Source of the DNA: an uncultured bacterium
GTDB taxonomy: Bacteria > Caldisericota > JANLFM01
Direction: 5' to 3'
Length of the DNA stretch: 64,000 nt
Assembly (NCBI GenBank): GCA_964614945.1
Contig: CAZTNW010000001.1
Span: 30,573-94,572, forward strand
The translations under genes were made by a program, and so were the position numbers. Of this stretch, positions 1 to 8,942 are shown piece after piece. Position 1 is the stretch's first letter; each line of letters begins with the position of its first letter. Below the pieces are notes generated by a model. The model was not told where the DNA came from and did no database searches. It saw only the letters and a list, made by a program, of their open reading frames with translations.

Positions 1-764
1 TCATCATTGAACCTCCAGAGCCGGTAGAACTACAACCGGAACCGATGCCACTTCAGATCATCCACGAGGACGAGGATATTATCGTAATAAATAAACCCCG
101 GGGGATTGTTGTACATCCAGGTGCCGGTCATAGCAAGGGAACTTTGGCCAACGCCCTGCTCGCAGTTTCTCCCCTCTCTTCCGTGGGAGACCGGCTCCGG
201 CCGGGCATTGTTCATAGATTGGATAAGGACACGAGCGGGCTCTTGTTAGTGGCGAAAAACGACGTCGCTCACCTTGACCTTTCCTCCCAATTCAAAAATA
301 GGACGATTGAAAAGAAATATCTGGCGTTAGTGCACGGCAGGGTGGCTGAGGACGAGGGTTTGATAGATGTTCCGCTTTCCAGGAATCGAAGGGAGCGGAC
401 AAAAATACAGCCCCAGGCCTCGGGCAAAGTGGCTCAGACAGAGTTTCTTGTGCTAGAGCGGTTTTCTTCTTATTCCTTACTCCAGCTGCGACCTTACACC
501 GGTCGCACACACCAGTTACGAGTGCACTTAGCTTTTATCGGTCATCCGATAGTGGGTGACCCTCTCTATGCAGGCTCGAATCCCTGGGGGCAAAAGGGGC
601 AGCTCTTACATGCTCATTATCTTTCTTTTCTCCATCCTAAAGAGAAGTCCCGACTGGAGCTCACTCTCCCTCCGCCGGAGGATCTTCAAAAAATCCTGGA
701 CGATCTGAGAGATGTTGACAAAGGGAAATTGGTTAAGAATAATGGGGGAGTCCAAAGAAGGTGA
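1..764 (+). CDS. rluD: 23S rRNA pseudouridine synthase, RluA/RluD family; 5' end truncated by the window edge
   Basis: The frame is open from base 3. It contains the [16 protein letters not shown] catalytic motif and runs to a stop at 762-764. Confidence 0.8.
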   Translation, partial: IIEPPEPVELQPEPMPLQIIHEDEDIIVINKPRGIVVHPGAGHSKGTLANALLAVSPLSSVGDRLRPGIVHRLDKDTSGLLLVAKNDVAHLDLSSQFKNRTIEKKYLALVHGRVAEDEGLIDVPLSRNRRERTKIQPQASGKVAQTEFLVLERFSSYSLLQLRPYTGRTHQLRVHLAFIGHPIVGDPLYAGSNPWGQKGQLLHAHYLSFLHPKEKSRLELTLPPPEDLQKILDDLRDVDKGKLVKNNGGVQRR

Positions 765-771
765 GAGAGCT

Positions 772-1029
772 GTGATAAAACTTATAAATATAGGTTTTGG
801 CAATTTCGTCGCCGCACAGAGGGTGATTGCAATACTTTCCCCGGATTCCGCACCAATTAAACGGATAATTTCGGAGACAAGGCAGGAAAAGAAATTGATA
901 GATGCCTGCCACGGGCGGCGCACGCGTGCAGTAATAATTATGGATTCTAGCTATGTAATCCTCTCATCTGTACAGCCTGAAACCGTGGCCTCTCGTTTAG
1001 AGGCCGAGGAGGAAGAGGGCTCTCTCTGA
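772..1029 (+). CDS. remA: RemA/DUF370 family regulator
   Basis: The protein begins [25 protein letters not shown] and has the [12 protein letters not shown] motif. A GTG start at 772 follows the SD GAAGGTGA and gives the canonical [12 protein letters not shown]-terminus. Synteny with gmk-rpoZ supports the call. Confidence 0.8.
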   Translation: MIKLINIGFGNFVAAQRVIAILSPDSAPIKRIISETRQEKKLIDACHGRRTRAVIIMDSSYVILSSVQPETVASRLEAEEEEGSL

Positions 1030-1030
1030 G

Positions 1031-1663
1031 GTGGAGCTGATTGTACCTAACCTATTGGTAGTTATCTCCGGCCCGTCAGGTGTGGGAAAGGGTTGTCTGG
1101 TGCGAGAATTGATCAATTCTCGCACGTCTGCTTATGCTCTTTCGGTTTCGGTTACGACCCGTCCTCCACGCGCAGAGGAATATGAGGGAGAGCATTATTT
1201 TTTTGTTACGAAGGAACGCTTCAGGCAGATGATAAAGGAGGAGAAGTTGCTGGAATGGGCGGAGGTCTTCGGTGATCTGTATGGAACTCCCCGCTCTTTT
1301 GTGGAGAAAACTTTGGCTTCCGGTAAAGATATCCTCCTCGAGATCGATGTGCAGGGAGCCATCAAGGTAAAAAATGCCATGCCGGATGCACTACTGATTT
1401 TTGTGCTTCCCCCGGGCTGGAAGGAACTGAGAAAGCGCTTAATGAATAGAGGGACAGAAAGCGAAGAGAAAATGCGAGAGCGTCTCGATGTCGCCCGCGT
1501 TGAATTAAAGGCTCTGCCTAACTATGATTATTTTCTCGTAAACGATAACTTGCAGGAGACCGCTCAAACATTAGAGAAGTTAATTTGTGCGGAGAAGCAC
1601 CGAGTTAGCAGATTACCCGTTACAGTGGAAGGAGGTCCCAACAAATGCTCTATCCTCCCTTAG
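1031..1663 (+). CDS. gmk: guanylate kinase
   Basis: It has the P-loop ISGPSGVGKG and lies between remA and rpoZ. Confidence 0.85.
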   Translation: MELIVPNLLVVISGPSGVGKGCLVRELINSRTSAYALSVSVTTRPPRAEEYEGEHYFFVTKERFRQMIKEEKLLEWAEVFGDLYGTPRSFVEKTLASGKDILLEIDVQGAIKVKNAMPDALLIFVLPPGWKELRKRLMNRGTESEEKMRERLDVARVELKALPNYDYFLVNDNLQETAQTLEKLICAEKHRVSRLPVTVEGGPNKCSILP

Positions 1664-1836
1664 AGGAGATGCTCAAGCTCGTAGAAGGAAATAAATACCT
1701 TTTGGTTGCCGTGGTCACCAAGCTGGCTCATAAATTGGAACAGGAAGAGAGCTTGAGGTCTGGCACGTCCCTCTCCGAGGCCTTAGAACTCATAGCGCAG
1801 AATAAAATCAGCATAGCTGAGGAAGCCACCATTTGA
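1645..1836 (+). CDS. rpoZ: DNA-directed RNA polymerase subunit omega
   Basis: The 63-aa product starts MLYPPLEEMLKLVEGNKYLLV, like RpoZ, and is followed by priA. Confidence 0.8.
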   Translation: MLYPPLEEMLKLVEGNKYLLVAVVTKLAHKLEQEESLRSGTSLSEALELIAQNKISIAEEATI

Positions 1837-3845
1837 CCGATTTCAGTGCCCAGTTCCTTGTCCTTGTTGACGTCCCTCTCCCCCCAGGGGAGGGACTTTT
1901 CTCTTATTTGAGCAAAGAACCCTTAATGGTAGGGGAGAGAGTCACAGTTCCGCTGGGAGTAAAAAATCGCTATGTTTCAGGTTATGTATTGGGAGAGGAT
2001 TCCTATGCGGGAGAGCTGAAGGAGGTTATTTCCAGATCCGGTGAAATTTTCTTCGATCGAGTGCGAGCTGCTCTCGCTCTCTGGATCTGGGAAAACTTTT
2101 ATACCAGCGCCCGTTCCCTGCTTCGCTCCCTCCTGGTCCCCCTGATCCTCGAAGCCCTTGTAGAAGTCAGATTGTCGTTAAATAAGAATGAATACATTCA
2201 ACTGTTGGACAGATTAAGCGGATACAGGGGCTATAGCCGCCTCCTCTCCTGTCTTTATGACCGCGGAGGAAGTTTGCCCTTGGCGGAACTACCAGGGAAA
2301 AATCTCCTTAATCGTGTGCTTAAAAAGGGATGGGCGCATTTAGAGAGGCTCTCCCTGATGGCTGCCGAAATCAGTCAGGATACTCTGGATGCCCGGCTGT
2401 ACTGGGCTCCCTGGGAAAAACAAGTGGATTTCCTTCTGGAGGAATTGCGCAGCGGAAAAGGAGAAGTCCGGCAATCGCTTCTTATTGTGCCAGAGAAGTC
2501 ACTGATGGCCACACTGGAGGGTTATCTCCAAAAGAAGGGTATCGACCTGCATCTTTTTTCGGCGGACAGCCCCATGAAGGATAGGCTTGCGGCTGTGAAG
2601 AAAGCCCAGGGCCAGAAAAACCTGATGCTTTTAGGAACCTGGAGCGCCCTCTTCCTCCCCTTTACTTCTTTGGGGAGGATCCTGGTGCTTCATGAGGAGA
2701 GTAAGAGGTACCGGCTCAATCATTCCCCTTCGATCCAGGTGGTTAGGACCGCAGAAGCTTTGGCACGACTCTCGGGCGCCAGGTTGAGGTTATTTTCCTG
2801 CACCCCCTCCCTGGATTCTTTTATGCATACCTTTTCTTGGCTAAAACCGATAAGAATCCCGCGACCATTTCCAGCGAGGAGAAGGGTAGTTCTTGCCCGG
2901 GAAGGACTTTCCCCTTTTATTCGCAGGGCCATTCTTAAAACGAGCTCTGCCGGAAAGAGAACGATGATCTTTCTCAATCGGCGCGGCTTCGCTAATTTGA
3001 TCATCTGCGAAGATTGCGGGGAAGATTTCACCTGCCCCATCTGTTCGGTTGCTATGACCCCTCATCGTGAGGAACTCGTTTGCCATTATTGCGGGCATTC
3101 AATCCCTATTCCCCTCCTCTGCCCCCGCTGCGGAGGAGCTCACCTATGCCCTAAGGGTCTTGGCCTGGAAGGCCTCGAAGAAATTTTAGGCGAGGACGGG
3201 ATAGGACAAAAGGTTTTCCGTATTGACGCAGGGATCACTCCCAATCAGGTGGAATTGGCTCGAAAACTGGGCTTGTTCCGACAGAGTAGGGGAGGAATTT
3301 TATTGGCCACGGGAGCCCTGATCGGTTCTTTCCTGCCCCGCGTTTCCCTCCTCGTGATTCTGAATTTAGATTTTCTCCTTCGGCTTCCTGATTTCAAGGC
3401 AACTGAGAGGGCTTATCAGCTGCTTCATAATCTGGAGCCTTTAGCAGGCGAGGAGCTTATCCTACAGGTGAGTAACTCCTATGGAATTAAAGAGCTCCTA
3501 GATGATGAAGGCTTTTACCGCCGTGAATTGGGCTTCCGCAAAGAAACGAGCTTTCCTCCCCACAGAAGGCTTCTGCGCCTCCTATTCCTGGGAAAGAAAG
3601 AGGAGGAGATCTGGGAAACGGCCCGAAGCATGCGTTCAGCCCTTGAGGAGACTACTCTGCGCGGCCAGTTAAGCGGTCCCCTGGAAGCAGTGCATTACCG
3701 ATTGCGGGGTTTCTGGCGAGTGGAGATTCTCTCTCGTTTCCCCTTGGGACCCATTCCTCCAGAGGTGCGGGAGCTGCTCCGGAACTTCTCCCTGCGCAAG
3801 GGAATGCAAATGCAAGTAGAATTGGAACCGGAGGAGCTTCTATGA
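1833..3845 (+). CDS. priA: primosomal protein N' (PriA) homologue with degenerate ATPase motifs
   Basis: It has the N-terminal 3'BD-like region and the Cys-rich Zn-binding insertion CEDCGEDFTCPIC..CHYCGH..CPRCGG. Helicase motif I reads ELRSGKGEVRQ, not GxxGSGKTEVY. Motif II reads VLHEES, not DEEH. The Arg-finger region reads LEPLAGE. Confidence 0.8.
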   Translation: MTDFSAQFLVLVDVPLPPGEGLFSYLSKEPLMVGERVTVPLGVKNRYVSGYVLGEDSYAGELKEVISRSGEIFFDRVRAALALWIWENFYTSARSLLRSLLVPLILEALVEVRLSLNKNEYIQLLDRLSGYRGYSRLLSCLYDRGGSLPLAELPGKNLLNRVLKKGWAHLERLSLMAAEISQDTLDARLYWAPWEKQVDFLLEELRSGKGEVRQSLLIVPEKSLMATLEGYLQKKGIDLHLFSADSPMKDRLAAVKKAQGQKNLMLLGTWSALFLPFTSLGRILVLHEESKRYRLNHSPSIQVVRTAEALARLSGARLRLFSCTPSLDSFMHTFSWLKPIRIPRPFPARRRVVLAREGLSPFIRRAILKTSSAGKRTMIFLNRRGFANLIICEDCGEDFTCPICSVAMTPHREELVCHYCGHSIPIPLLCPRCGGAHLCPKGLGLEGLEEILGEDGIGQKVFRIDAGITPNQVELARKLGLFRQSRGGILLATGALIGSFLPRVSLLVILNLDFLLRLPDFKATERAYQLLHNLEPLAGEELILQVSNSYGIKELLDDEGFYRRELGFRKETSFPPHRRLLRLLFLGKKEEEIWETARSMRSALEETTLRGQLSGPLEAVHYRLRGFWRVEILSRFPLGPIPPEVRELLRNFSLRKGMQMQVELEPEELL

Positions 3846-4780
3846 GATTGATCTTTTTTGGTACCCCGGAATTTGCTATTCCTTCTTTAGAGAAGCTAGC
3901 TAAACTTCACGAGATCAGCTATTGCGTCAGCAGGCTCGATAAGCCTCAGGGAAGAGGCCTCAAGCCTGCTTCTACTCCAGTAAAGGAAAGGGCGGAGAGC
4001 CTGGGGCTCTCCGTGCTGACCCCTGTTTCCTTAAAGGAGGAAGCCTTTCTGCAAATTTTGCGTTCCGCCTCACCCGATCTACAGGTTGTGGTGGCTTTTG
4101 CCATTCTTCCCCCTGAGATTCTCGCCATACCCAGATTTGGCTCGGTAAACCTCCATCCCTCTCTCTTACCCAGATACCGAGGAGCTGCACCAATCGAACG
4201 AGCGATCATGGCTGGCGAGAGTTCGACCGGTGTTTCCGTGCTTCTGCTCGAGGAATCCCTGGATCAGGGACCAGTACTGGCGCAAAGGGAGGTGGCGATA
4301 GGCGATGACGAAACTGGCGGAGAACTGAGCTCTCGCTTGGCTTTTGTGGGAGCGGAAGTCCTGGCCGAGACTGTCTCCAGCCTGGAGAAGGGTCAATTGA
4401 GGCCCATAGAACAGGACTCTCGGCTTGCCAGTTGGGCGCCCAAGATTAGAGCGCAGGATTGTGAAATCAACTGGAGGGAGGGGGCCGAGCGAATTCGGAA
4501 TTTAATCCGGGCACTGAACCCTGAGCCAGGGGCGTATACGTGTAGGTCGCTCAAAGGCAGGGCTGTTCGGATCAAAATATGGCGGGTTCGGGTCAGAAAG
4601 GATTTGACCTTAGCCCCTGGGTTCGTTCAAACCAAGGGGCTAAGCAGCCTTATCGTGGGTTGCGGAGAAGGATCGTTAGAGGTGCGGTCTTTGCAACAGG
4701 AAGGGAAGAGAATAATGGAGGCCGGAGATTTTCTCTGCGGAGGAAGAGTGGAGCAAGGAGAGATATGGGGTTCATTTTAG
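3842..4780 (+). CDS. fmt: methionyl-tRNA formyltransferase
   Basis: The product starts MRLIFFGTPEFAIPSLEKL, has the formyltransferase core and the C-terminal domain. Confidence 0.85.
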   Translation: MRLIFFGTPEFAIPSLEKLAKLHEISYCVSRLDKPQGRGLKPASTPVKERAESLGLSVLTPVSLKEEAFLQILRSASPDLQVVVAFAILPPEILAIPRFGSVNLHPSLLPRYRGAAPIERAIMAGESSTGVSVLLLEESLDQGPVLAQREVAIGDDETGGELSSRLAFVGAEVLAETVSSLEKGQLRPIEQDSRLASWAPKIRAQDCEINWREGAERIRNLIRALNPEPGAYTCRSLKGRAVRIKIWRVRVRKDLTLAPGFVQTKGLSSLIVGCGEGSLEVRSLQQEGKRIMEAGDFLCGGRVEQGEIWGSF

Positions 4781-5847
4781 ACCTGAGCTGGGAGGAGCTG
4801 GAGTCATACATTGCCGCCAAAGGCGAAAGGTTGTTTCGGGCGAAACAGATATGGGAGTGGATTTTCGAGAGATGCGAATTCTCGTTCACCAGGATGACCA
4901 ATCTCCCGACCCTCCTCAGGAGTCGATTGGCGCAAGACTTTTCCGAAAAGCGATGGCCGGCGCTCATGGATGTGCGGCGATCAAAGGATGGGACAGAAAA
5001 GTACCTCTGGCGCTTGCACGATGGAGAACTGCTGGAAAGCGTCATGCTTCACTACCAGACCTCTCAGACATCCTGGGTTTCCGCTTGCGTTTCCACTCAG
5101 GCAGGCTGCCCTGTCCGTTGTCGTTTCTGTGCTACCGGGCAGAACGGCTTCCAGCGTAACCTAAGCGCGGGAGAAGAATTGGCGCAGGTATTGCTGATGG
5201 AAGCGCACAGCGGGGAAAGAGCTTCCAGGATTCTCTTCATGGGGATGGGAGAACCCTTTCTCAACTGGCCTGAAACGCGGAAAGCCCTGATAGTTTTGCA
5301 ACATAGACAGGGACGGGCTTTAAGCAGGAGGAAAATCACTGTCTCGACCGTCGGTCCAGAGGGAATGGATCAATGTTTTTCTGCCCTTCCGCCAATAGAA
5401 TTAGCTTACTCCCTTCATGCGCCGAACGATGCTCTCAGAAACGAGCTGATTGCACGCAGCACTAAACTGCTTCCGCTTGGCCAGGCTCTATCTCTTCTAT
5501 CCGGTTATGCGATCTCCTCGGGGAACCGGGTTACCCTGGAGTACCTACTATTAGAGGGAGTGAACGATTCGCCGGAGCAGGCCATTGACCTTGTCCCATT
5601 GCTTGAAGGGAGGCCCTTTCGTCTGAACATTCTTCCTTTTAATCGGATTCCTGGCTCGGATTATCACCCTTCTTCTCCTCAGAGAACCAGGGATTTTCTA
5701 AATGCGCTGCGTCGCAGCGCGATCTCGGTTACCTTCCGCAAACCTCAAGGGGTGGATATTGCTGCGGCTTGCGGGCAGCTGAGAGGAAGTTCTTGCCAAA
5801 AGCCGCAGAAAAAGTATAATAAAAGCAGACAATGGGGTGCCCTGTAG
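4765..5847 (+). CDS. rlmN: 23S rRNA (adenine2503-C2)-methyltransferase, radical SAM
   Basis: It carries the CxxxCxxC motif (CPVRCRFCATG) and the conserved RlmN N-terminus MGFILDLSWEEL. The ATG at 4765 is preferred over the long ORF start at 4579, which overlaps fmt. Confidence 0.85.
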   Translation: MGFILDLSWEELESYIAAKGERLFRAKQIWEWIFERCEFSFTRMTNLPTLLRSRLAQDFSEKRWPALMDVRRSKDGTEKYLWRLHDGELLESVMLHYQTSQTSWVSACVSTQAGCPVRCRFCATGQNGFQRNLSAGEELAQVLLMEAHSGERASRILFMGMGEPFLNWPETRKALIVLQHRQGRALSRRKITVSTVGPEGMDQCFSALPPIELAYSLHAPNDALRNELIARSTKLLPLGQALSLLSGYAISSGNRVTLEYLLLEGVNDSPEQAIDLVPLLEGRPFRLNILPFNRIPGSDYHPSSPQRTRDFLNALRRSAISVTFRKPQGVDIAAACGQLRGSSCQKPQKKYNKSRQWGAL

Positions 5848-5920
5848 GGCTGAGAGGGATTAGTGCCGGTCCCAACCCATCGAACCTGAACTGGGTTATG
5901 CCAGCGTAGGGAAATAAATG
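5828..5920 (+). promoter_or_regulatory. TPP (THI-box) riboswitch aptamer
   Basis: The sequence GGGGUGCCC..GCUGAGAGG..ACCC..GAACCUGAACUGGGUUAUGCCAGCGUAGGGAA matches the THI-element consensus. It lies upstream of a thiamine transporter and a thiamine pyrophosphokinase. Confidence 0.8.
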
Positions 5921-5923
5921 GCG

Positions 5924-5951
5924 AGACGCTCCTATGCTGGGGGCGTTTTTC
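5924..5951 (+). terminator. riboswitch expression-platform intrinsic terminator
   Basis: A stem ACGCUCC/GGGGGCGU is followed by UUUUU and sits just before the SD GAGGAGG of thiT. Confidence 0.6.
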
Positions 5952-5969
5952 GTTGAGGAGGCAAAGATA

Positions 5970-6584
5970 ATGGATATTGGCACAGCAGGATGGCTCTCTT
6001 TTGGCGGAGCTTTAATCGGTGGAGCTCTTCTTATTCTTTTCCAGGTGAAGAAACTGACAACCAAGGATTGGGTTGAGGTTGGTGTGATGCTTGCCCTGGC
6101 CTTCGCCCTGAAATTCATTTCCAAGCAATTAATCCCCTCCTTCCGCATCTGGGCTCAAGGAGGATCGATCACCATTGCTTCCATGGTGCCCATCTTCTAC
6201 CTCTCCCTGAAGAGAGGTTGGGCGGTGGGAGCATTTGCTGGGGTGATCTTCGGCCTCTATGACTTTCTTCTCTCGCCCTATTTCTACCATCCAGCACAGT
6301 TTTTTCTTGACTACCCAATCGCTTTCGGCCTGCTGGGGATAACAGGGCTTTTTCAAAAGAATTTCGCTTTTGGTATCACCTTAGGGGGGCTGGCTCGTCT
6401 TTTCTCGCATTTCCTTTCCGGCATCATCTTTTTTGCAAGTTATGCTCCCGCCGGTTGGAATGCTTACTTGTACTCCCTAGCTTATAATAGCAGCTTCATG
6501 CTCCCGGAAATTCTTATTTCAGTATACGTTATGACCTTGCTGTGGCCTCGATTGAAGTGGGTTCAGGCTGGAAGCGGATCCTGA
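5970..6584 (+). CDS. thiT: ECF-type thiamine transporter S component (ThiT-like membrane protein)
   Basis: It is a polytopic membrane protein, and the ATG at 5970 follows GAGGAGG. It lies directly downstream of the TPP riboswitch and upstream of the TPK gene. Confidence 0.65.
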   Translation: MDIGTAGWLSFGGALIGGALLILFQVKKLTTKDWVEVGVMLALAFALKFISKQLIPSFRIWAQGGSITIASMVPIFYLSLKRGWAVGAFAGVIFGLYDFLLSPYFYHPAQFFLDYPIAFGLLGITGLFQKNFAFGITLGGLARLFSHFLSGIIFFASYAPAGWNAYLYSLAYNSSFMLPEILISVYVMTLLWPRLKWVQAGSGS

Positions 6585-7204
6585 TTTTTCTGAACGGGGA
6601 ATCAGTTCCTGTTAATTACTGGCAGGAACTGATTCCCGGGGCGCTGATCATTGCTGCCGATGGTGGAGTGAGAGCGCTCAAGCAGCGCAGCCTATTTCCC
6701 CAGGTATTGCTGGGAGATTTTGATTCGCTTGAGGAAGGAGAATTGGCGCAACTTGAACCATACATCCTGGAGGTCAGGAACTTCCCTGCAGAAAAGGACC
6801 AGACTGATGCCGAACTTGCTCTGGAGTACGCACTGTCCTCAGGCGTGAAAGAAATTGTCCTCATCGGTGGCTTGGGGAAGCGCATCGATCATGCTCTTGC
6901 GAATCTGATGCTCCTCGTGAAGATAGATTCTCAGGGAAAGAGGGGGCGGATGCTCAATCGAGAAAGCGAAATATTTTTAGTACCTGGGGAAATTCAACTG
7001 GTTCGTGAGCCAGGACAATTGATTTCTCTGCTCCCTTTAACCGATGTGGAAGGGGTGGAGGTTGAGGGGTGTCAGTATCCCCTCAATGGTGACAGTTTGA
7101 GAGTAGGGGAAACGAGGGGTATTTCCAATGCATTCATTCAAAACATAGTTCGGATAAGAAAGAAAACAGGATTGCTCCTGGCAATCCTGCCTCACAGTAA
7201 TTAG
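6542..7204 (+). CDS. thiN: thiamine pyrophosphokinase
   Basis: It has TPK catalytic-domain motifs (LIIAADGG, LLGDFDS, GGLGKRIDHALANL) and a C-terminal thiamine-binding domain. Confidence 0.8.
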   Translation: MASIEVGSGWKRILIFLNGESVPVNYWQELIPGALIIAADGGVRALKQRSLFPQVLLGDFDSLEEGELAQLEPYILEVRNFPAEKDQTDAELALEYALSSGVKEIVLIGGLGKRIDHALANLMLLVKIDSQGKRGRMLNRESEIFLVPGEIQLVREPGQLISLLPLTDVEGVEVEGCQYPLNGDSLRVGETRGISNAFIQNIVRIRKKTGLLLAILPHSN

Positions 7205-7211
7205 CTTTTTC

Positions 7212-7400
7212 TCAGCCCGCTCGCTTGACTTTGCCAGCTTTTAAGCATTTCGTGCAGACCCTGATAGTTCTGACATTGCCCTCGATATCCGTTTTGACTT
7301 TTTGCAGGTTAGGAAGCCAGCGCCTCTTTGTCTTTACATGGGAGTGGCTCACTTTGCTGCCTGTGGCCGGTTCTTTCCCGCAAATAGCACATTTTGCCAT
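7212..7400 (-). CDS. rpmB: 50S ribosomal protein L28, Zn-ribbon form
   Basis: The product MAKCAICGK...[12 protein letters not shown]...CTKCLKAG is an L28 with a Cys4 Zn ribbon. Confidence 0.9.
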   Translation of the reverse strand: MAKCAICGKEPATGSKVSHSHVKTKRRWLPNLQKVKTDIEGNVRTIRVCTKCLKAGKVKRAG

Positions 7401-7464
7401 GAGAAGTCTCCTTGGTCGAAATTCCTCAAGAATTTAGCACAAGCGCCTGATGAAGGCAAATGGC

Positions 7465-8121
7465 TTACTCTCCCTCTTCGGGAAAACCATACTTGCCTTT
7501 CAAGGGAACGAAGGCGCAGCGGCACAGGCTTTTCTGATGTGCTTCGCCCTGGATAATTTTAAACTGCAGGAGTTCCCCTCCACCCTGGAGATTGACCGGA
7601 CAGACCAGGATTCCTCCCTTCTTCAGCTGGGGAAATAATTGTTCGGGAATTCGCGGGGATAGGGCGGTCATAATAATTCGATCGAAAGGTGCTTCCGCAA
7701 CATACCCCTCACTGCCATCAGCTAGCAGGATTTCCACATTAGCTATTCCTAACTCCTTCAGCAAGCGCCTGGCTTTTGCCGCCAGTTCGTCGATTATCTC
7801 GGTTGCGAAAACCTTGCCTTTTTTTACGATCTGAGCCAGGATTGCAGTTTGATAGCCGGAACCTGCCCCAATCTCGAGGACCTTGTGGGTCTCTTCCAAT
7901 TCCAGCGCCTGTGTCATCAAAGAGACTATCGAGGGTTGAGATAGCGTTTGACCGTACCCGATCGGAATGGGAGAGTCGAGGCAGGCGTAATCCCACAATT
8001 TCTCAGGGACGAAATTTTTCCTCGGAACCTGCCGGAAAGCCTGTAAGACCTTTGGATCATTGATAAATCCGGTTTCTTCCCACTTTCTGATCAGCTTCTC
8101 CATTATTTTCCTTTCATCCAA
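7465..8121 (-). CDS. pcm: protein-L-isoaspartate O-methyltransferase
   Basis: It has the VLEIGAGSGYQTA SAM motif and the PCMT signature GYGQTLSQPS. Confidence 0.85.
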   Translation of the reverse strand: MDERKIMEKLIRKWEETGFINDPKVLQAFRQVPRKNFVPEKLWDYACLDSPIPIGYGQTLSQPSIVSLMTQALELEETHKVLEIGAGSGYQTAILAQIVKKGKVFATEIIDELAAKARRLLKELGIANVEILLADGSEGYVAEAPFDRIIMTALSPRIPEQLFPQLKKGGILVCPVNLQGGGELLQFKIIQGEAHQKSLCRCAFVPLKGKYGFPEEGE

Positions 8122-8127
8122 ACAGCC

Positions 8128-8346
8128 TCAAAAGTCGGACTCGTAAGCGACTCCTCGCAAAATGATATTATTCAAGCCAAGCATGAAGGTCTGCTTGAAG
8201 ATGTTAATTTTACCGTCCTTGCAGAAGAAAGTGACCATCAGGTACTGGCTTAAGGGCTCTCGAATAGAGTCAAATTCCTCGTTTTCAGGAAGCGAGAGCT
8301 TGACCTGCTTCACTCCTTCTGAAGTTTGGATAATCTTGGCGCTCAA
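8128..8346 (-). CDS. small hypothetical protein; start codon uncertain, with the frame open upstream to about 8470
   Basis: The ORF ends 6 nt upstream of the pcm start. The frame stays open for 42 more codons upstream with no ATG, GTG or TTG. A perfect AAGGAG lies 7 nt before an in-frame ATC. Confidence 0.35.
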   Translation of the reverse strand: MSAKIIQTSEGVKQVKLSLPENEEFDSIREPLSQYLMVTFFCKDGKINIFKQTFMLGLNNIILRGVAYESDF

Positions 8347-8582
8347 TCCTTCAGCACGTATTCCGGTTTCAGGGACTTGAAGATCAAAGTCTATATCAGC
8401 GACCCATTTTCCTTTGCTGTCCTTGTCCCCATATATATACCTTACACGAACGTAATGAAGGTTTAACTTGGCCTTGATCGAATTTCTCCTTCAGTTAGAA
8501 CTCTAAAGAGAAAACGCTTTATTCTTCAGGGTTATTCCGGAGCAAAAAAGCGCTATGGAAAAGGAGATTTCTATTTGTTACA

Positions 8583-8942
8583 ATGCAGGCGATTATGGAG
8601 ACCAAGCTTGGCAGAATCTACATGGCGCGAGAGGCCCTGGCTAAAATTGCCGGCTACGCCACTACTGAATGTTATGGGGTAGTGGGGATGACCAAAAGAA
8701 CGCCCACAGATTTTCTACAATCGTTCCTGAAGCGTGAGAACCTGGCGCAGGGCGTGGATGTGCAATTTCTGCCTCAGGGAGTTACTTTAACTCTCTTCGT
8801 TATCCTGGAGTTCGGGGTGCGAATTTCTGAAGTTGTAAGGAATATCCAGGAACAGGTTAAGTTTCGGATAAGCTCCATGACTCACCTGGAAAATTTCCAA
8901 GTGGAAATCGTCGTTTGTAATGTGAGAACTCATGAGGAATGA
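8583..8942 (+). CDS. Asp23/Gls24 family alkaline-shock protein
   Basis: It matches the Asp23 family pattern (IAGYATTECYGVVGM...) and sits upstream of the DAK2 protein and recG, in conserved synteny. Confidence 0.75.
   Translation: MQAIMETKLGRIYMAREALAKIAGYATTECYGVVGMTKRTPTDFLQSFLKRENLAQGVDVQFLPQGVTLTLFVILEFGVRISEVVRNIQEQVKFRISSMTHLENFQVEIVVCNVRTHEE

Noticed and set aside
712-771. An ATG at 712 proposed as the remA start.
   Set aside because: It overlaps the rluD 3' end. The GTG at 772 gives the canonical [12 protein letters not shown]-terminus with an SD.
2330-2584. Short ORFs (60-160 aa) antisense to, or out of frame within, longer conserved genes. Examples are 2330-2584, 9150-9548, 15170-15505, 16588-16968, 24047-24256, 36455-region antisense and 44238-44630.
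   Set aside because: Each lies completely inside a longer ORF with clear homology on the other strand or frame. Their composition is low-complexity and Arg/Pro-rich, as expected for spurious frames in 55% GC DNA.
4579-4764. The long N-terminal extension of rlmN that starts at 4579.
   Set aside because: It overlaps fmt by 200 nt in another frame. The conserved RlmN N-terminus begins at the internal ATG at 4765.
8347-8582. A promoter or regulatory element in the divergent 236-nt gap between the small ORF and asp23.
   Set aside because: It is AT-richer, but no convincing -35/-10 pair with proper spacing or conserved motif could be fixed by eye.
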